The translations under genes were made by a program, and so were the position numbers. The notes under the pieces were generated by a model, which saw nothing but the letters and a program-made list of their open reading frames with translations, did no database searches and was not told the origin of the DNA. This document shows, piece by piece, positions 62,012-64,000 of a stretch of 64,000 nt of DNA (position 1 is its first letter; each line of letters begins with the position of its first letter). Source of the DNA: an uncultured Actinomycetota bacterium (GTDB lineage Bacteria > Actinomycetota > Actinomycetes > Streptosporangiales > Streptosporangiaceae); contig CAWCHF010000014.1 of the NCBI GenBank assembly GCA_963795265.1, positions 77,461 to 141,460 on the forward strand. Direction: 5' to 3'.

Positions 62012-62758
62012 ATGTCCGGCGCGCAGTTGTATGACACCATCGGAGCTACTTACACCGTGACGCGGCGCACCGAGCCGCGGATCGCGGCCAGAGTCTGGGC
62101 AGCGCTTGGCGACGCGCGGACGGTGCTGAATGTCGGGGCTGGCACCGGTTCTTACGAGCCCCCCGGCCGTGACGTCATTGCGGTGGAACCGTCGGCGGTC
62201 ATGCGTGCGCAGCGTCCCGCAGGCGCGGCGCCATGCGTGGCTGCCAGCGCGGAGAGTCTTCCGTTCGAGGACCAGTCCTTCGACGCCGCGATGGCTTTCG
62301 CCACCATTCATCACTGGCAGGACCCGATCGCGGGCCTGCGCGAGATGCGGCGCGTGGCTCGCCGTGTGGTGGTGTTCACGCACGACACCACTGGAGCCGG
62401 ATGGCATCGTCGGTTCTGGCTTACCCGCGACTACCTGCCTGAGGTCGCTGATCTCCTAGCCGGCAGGCCTTCGCTGACCGAGCTGGCCCGCGCGATCGGA
62501 GCCCGTGCGGAGCTGGTGCTCATTCCGTGGGACTGTGCTGACGGCTTTTTCGAGGCGCACTGGCGGCGGCCCGAGGCATATCTGGACGATCACGTTCGTC
62601 GCGGAGTCTCGGTGTGGGCCAGAGTCGGACCGGATGCCGAGCAGCGGGCGGTGCGCAGCCTGCGTGATGACCTCCTCTCGGGCCGGTGGGCCGACCGCAA
62701 CCGCGACCTTGTCGCTCTCGATGCGGCGGAACTCGGCCTGCGCCTGCTCGTCACCTGA
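62012..62758 (+). CDS. class I SAM-dependent methyltransferase
   Basis: VLNVGAGTGSY (motif I), VIAVEPS, FDAAMAFATIHHW. Confidence 0.75.
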   Translation: MSGAQLYDTIGATYTVTRRTEPRIAARVWAALGDARTVLNVGAGTGSYEPPGRDVIAVEPSAVMRAQRPAGAAPCVAASAESLPFEDQSFDAAMAFATIHHWQDPIAGLREMRRVARRVVVFTHDTTGAGWHRRFWLTRDYLPEVADLLAGRPSLTELARAIGARAELVLIPWDCADGFFEAHWRRPEAYLDDHVRRGVSVWARVGPDAEQRAVRSLRDDLLSGRWADRNRDLVALDAAELGLRLLVT

Positions 62759-62777
62759 ACAGCGCCGCACGCGCCTT

Positions 62778-63545
62778 TCAGGCGATCTTGCGGTGGTAGG
62801 TGGCCATGGCGAGGGCGTAGGCGACGATGAGGAGACCGAGGCACCAGGCGAGGGCGATCCAGATGCCGGTGCTGACTGGCTGGTGCGTGAACAGGTCGCG
62901 GATCGTGTTGACGATGGAGGTCACCGGCTGGTTGTCGGCAAAGGCGCGCACCGGGCCGGGCATGGTGCGGGTGGGCACGAATGCCGAGCTGATGAATGGC
63001 AGGAAGATCGAGCGGGTAGGCGAACGCGCCCGCGCCGTCCACGGACTTGGCGGTCAGGCCGGGGATCACGGCGAGCCAGGTCAACGCCAGGGTGAAGAGG
63101 ATCGAGGATGCCCGCGACCGCCAGCCACGCCAGCAGCTCCCGCCCCCGTGCGGAAGCCCATGAGCAAGGCGACGAGCACAACAACCACGAGCGAGATCAG
63201 GTTGGCGACCAGCGAGGTCAGCACGTGCGCCCACAGCACCGATGAGCGTGCGATCGGCATGGACTGGAATCGCTCGAAGATGCCGCTCTGCATATCCATG
63301 AAGAGCCGGAATGCGGTGTAGGAGATGCCCGAGGCAATCGTGATGAGCAGGATGCCCGGCAGCAGGTAGGTCACGTACGAATGCCGAGCCGTGAATTGAT
63401 CGCGCCGCCGAGCACGTAGACGAACAGCAGCATGAAGGCGATCGGCATGATCGTGGTCGTGATGATGGTGTCCATGCTGCGCGTGATGTGGCGCAGGGAG
63501 CGGCCCAGCAAGACGGCGGTGTCGCCGAAGAAGTGCGTGTGTCAT
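62778..63545 (-). pseudogene. ABC-2 type transporter permease (DrrB-like), frameshifted as sequenced
   Basis: Pieces lie in ORFs 63081..63545 (...YLLPGILLITIASGISYTAFRLFMDMQSGIFERFQSMPIARSSVLWAHVL...), 62590..63582 and 62778..62978 (...FVPTRTMPGPVRAFADNQPVTSIVNTIRDLF...). Confidence 0.7.
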
Positions 63546-63547
63546 CG

Positions 63548-64000
63548 TTATTCCTTAGTCGTCCGTGCCGTCGTTGCGACACCGCGCTGCTTCGGTGCTG
63601 GCCGTATCGTTCTGCCGGTGATGGCGAGGAAGATGTCCTCGAGGCTCGGCTGCTTCTCGACGTACTCGACTTGGGCGGGCGGGAGGAGCTGCTTCAGCTC
63701 GGCGAGGGTGCCGTTCGCGATGATCCGTCCGCTCGTGGAGGATCGCGATCCGGTCGGCGAGTTGCTCGGCCTCGTCCAGATACTGCGTGGTAAGCAGCAC
63801 CGTCGTGCCCCGCCCGGCGAGTTCCCTGACGGCCTTCCACACCTCGATGCGCCCCTCGGGGTCGAGCCCGCTGGTCGGTTCGTCCAGGAAGATCACCGGC
63901 GGATTCCCGATGAGGCTCATGGCGATGTCCAGGCGGCGGCGCATGCCGCCGGAGTACGTCGACACCCTCCGCTGCGCCGCGTCGGTGAGCTGGAAGCGTG
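63548..64000 (-). CDS. ABC transporter ATP-binding protein (DrrA-like), N-terminus beyond the window end, C-terminal frameshift as sequenced
   Basis: Signature [12 protein letters not shown], Walker [14 protein letters not shown]-loop/H-loop [13 protein letters not shown]. True C-terminus ...[31 protein letters not shown]... is in another frame. Confidence 0.75.

Noticed and set aside
1-64000. CRISPR arrays and rRNA genes.
   Set aside because: I saw no regularly spaced short direct repeats and no rRNA-like conserved sequence anywhere in the window.

Overview
High-GC (~70%) actinobacterial chromosome segment in three parts. (1) 1-3.8 kb is ordinary metabolism: hydrolase, F420/LLM oxidoreductase, TetR/SDR pair. 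(2) ~3.9-26.4 kb is a composite mobile/defence island. Five same-orientation copies of a conserved segment partition it; that segment is the 3' end of a large serine recombinase gene. Three copies are followed by DUF2637 genes. The four intervals carry different cargo: Fic plus a nucleotidyltransferase; a 2-TM protein, a ParB/DGQHR-like protein and a UDG-like protein; an RNase D-like exonuclease, a HipA-like kinase with a HIRAN partner, a decayed NaeI-type R-M system, a PD-(D/E)XK protein and a TM protein with a tandem duplicated domain; and a complete type I Wadjet operon (jetABCD). (3) 26.5-64 kb holds stress and metal genes (MarR, USPs, SugE, VIT1, HtrA-like protease, a P1B-5-like ATPase fused to hemerythrin, a second P-type ATPase). 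It also has decayed tyrosine-integrase remnants next to tRNA-Leu(GAG) and the conserved core block topA, MFS-tmk, holB, PSP1/ricT, tRNA-Thr(CGT). A 5.1 kb islet follows, bracketed by a perfect 43-bp repeat of the tRNA-Thr 3' half (Tat-secreted BNR protein plus a two-component system), then more integrase/IS debris and small-molecule resistance genes. Many genes are frame-disrupted as sequenced, in clusters, and these include essential holB and tmk. Pseudogene calls are therefore provisional and may be assembly indels. No rRNA genes or CRISPR arrays were seen. The best candidates for undescribed biology are the recombinase-tail cassette array itself, the 2TM/ParB-like/UDG-like trio, the HipA-like/HIRAN pair and the duplicated-domain TM protein beside Wadjet.
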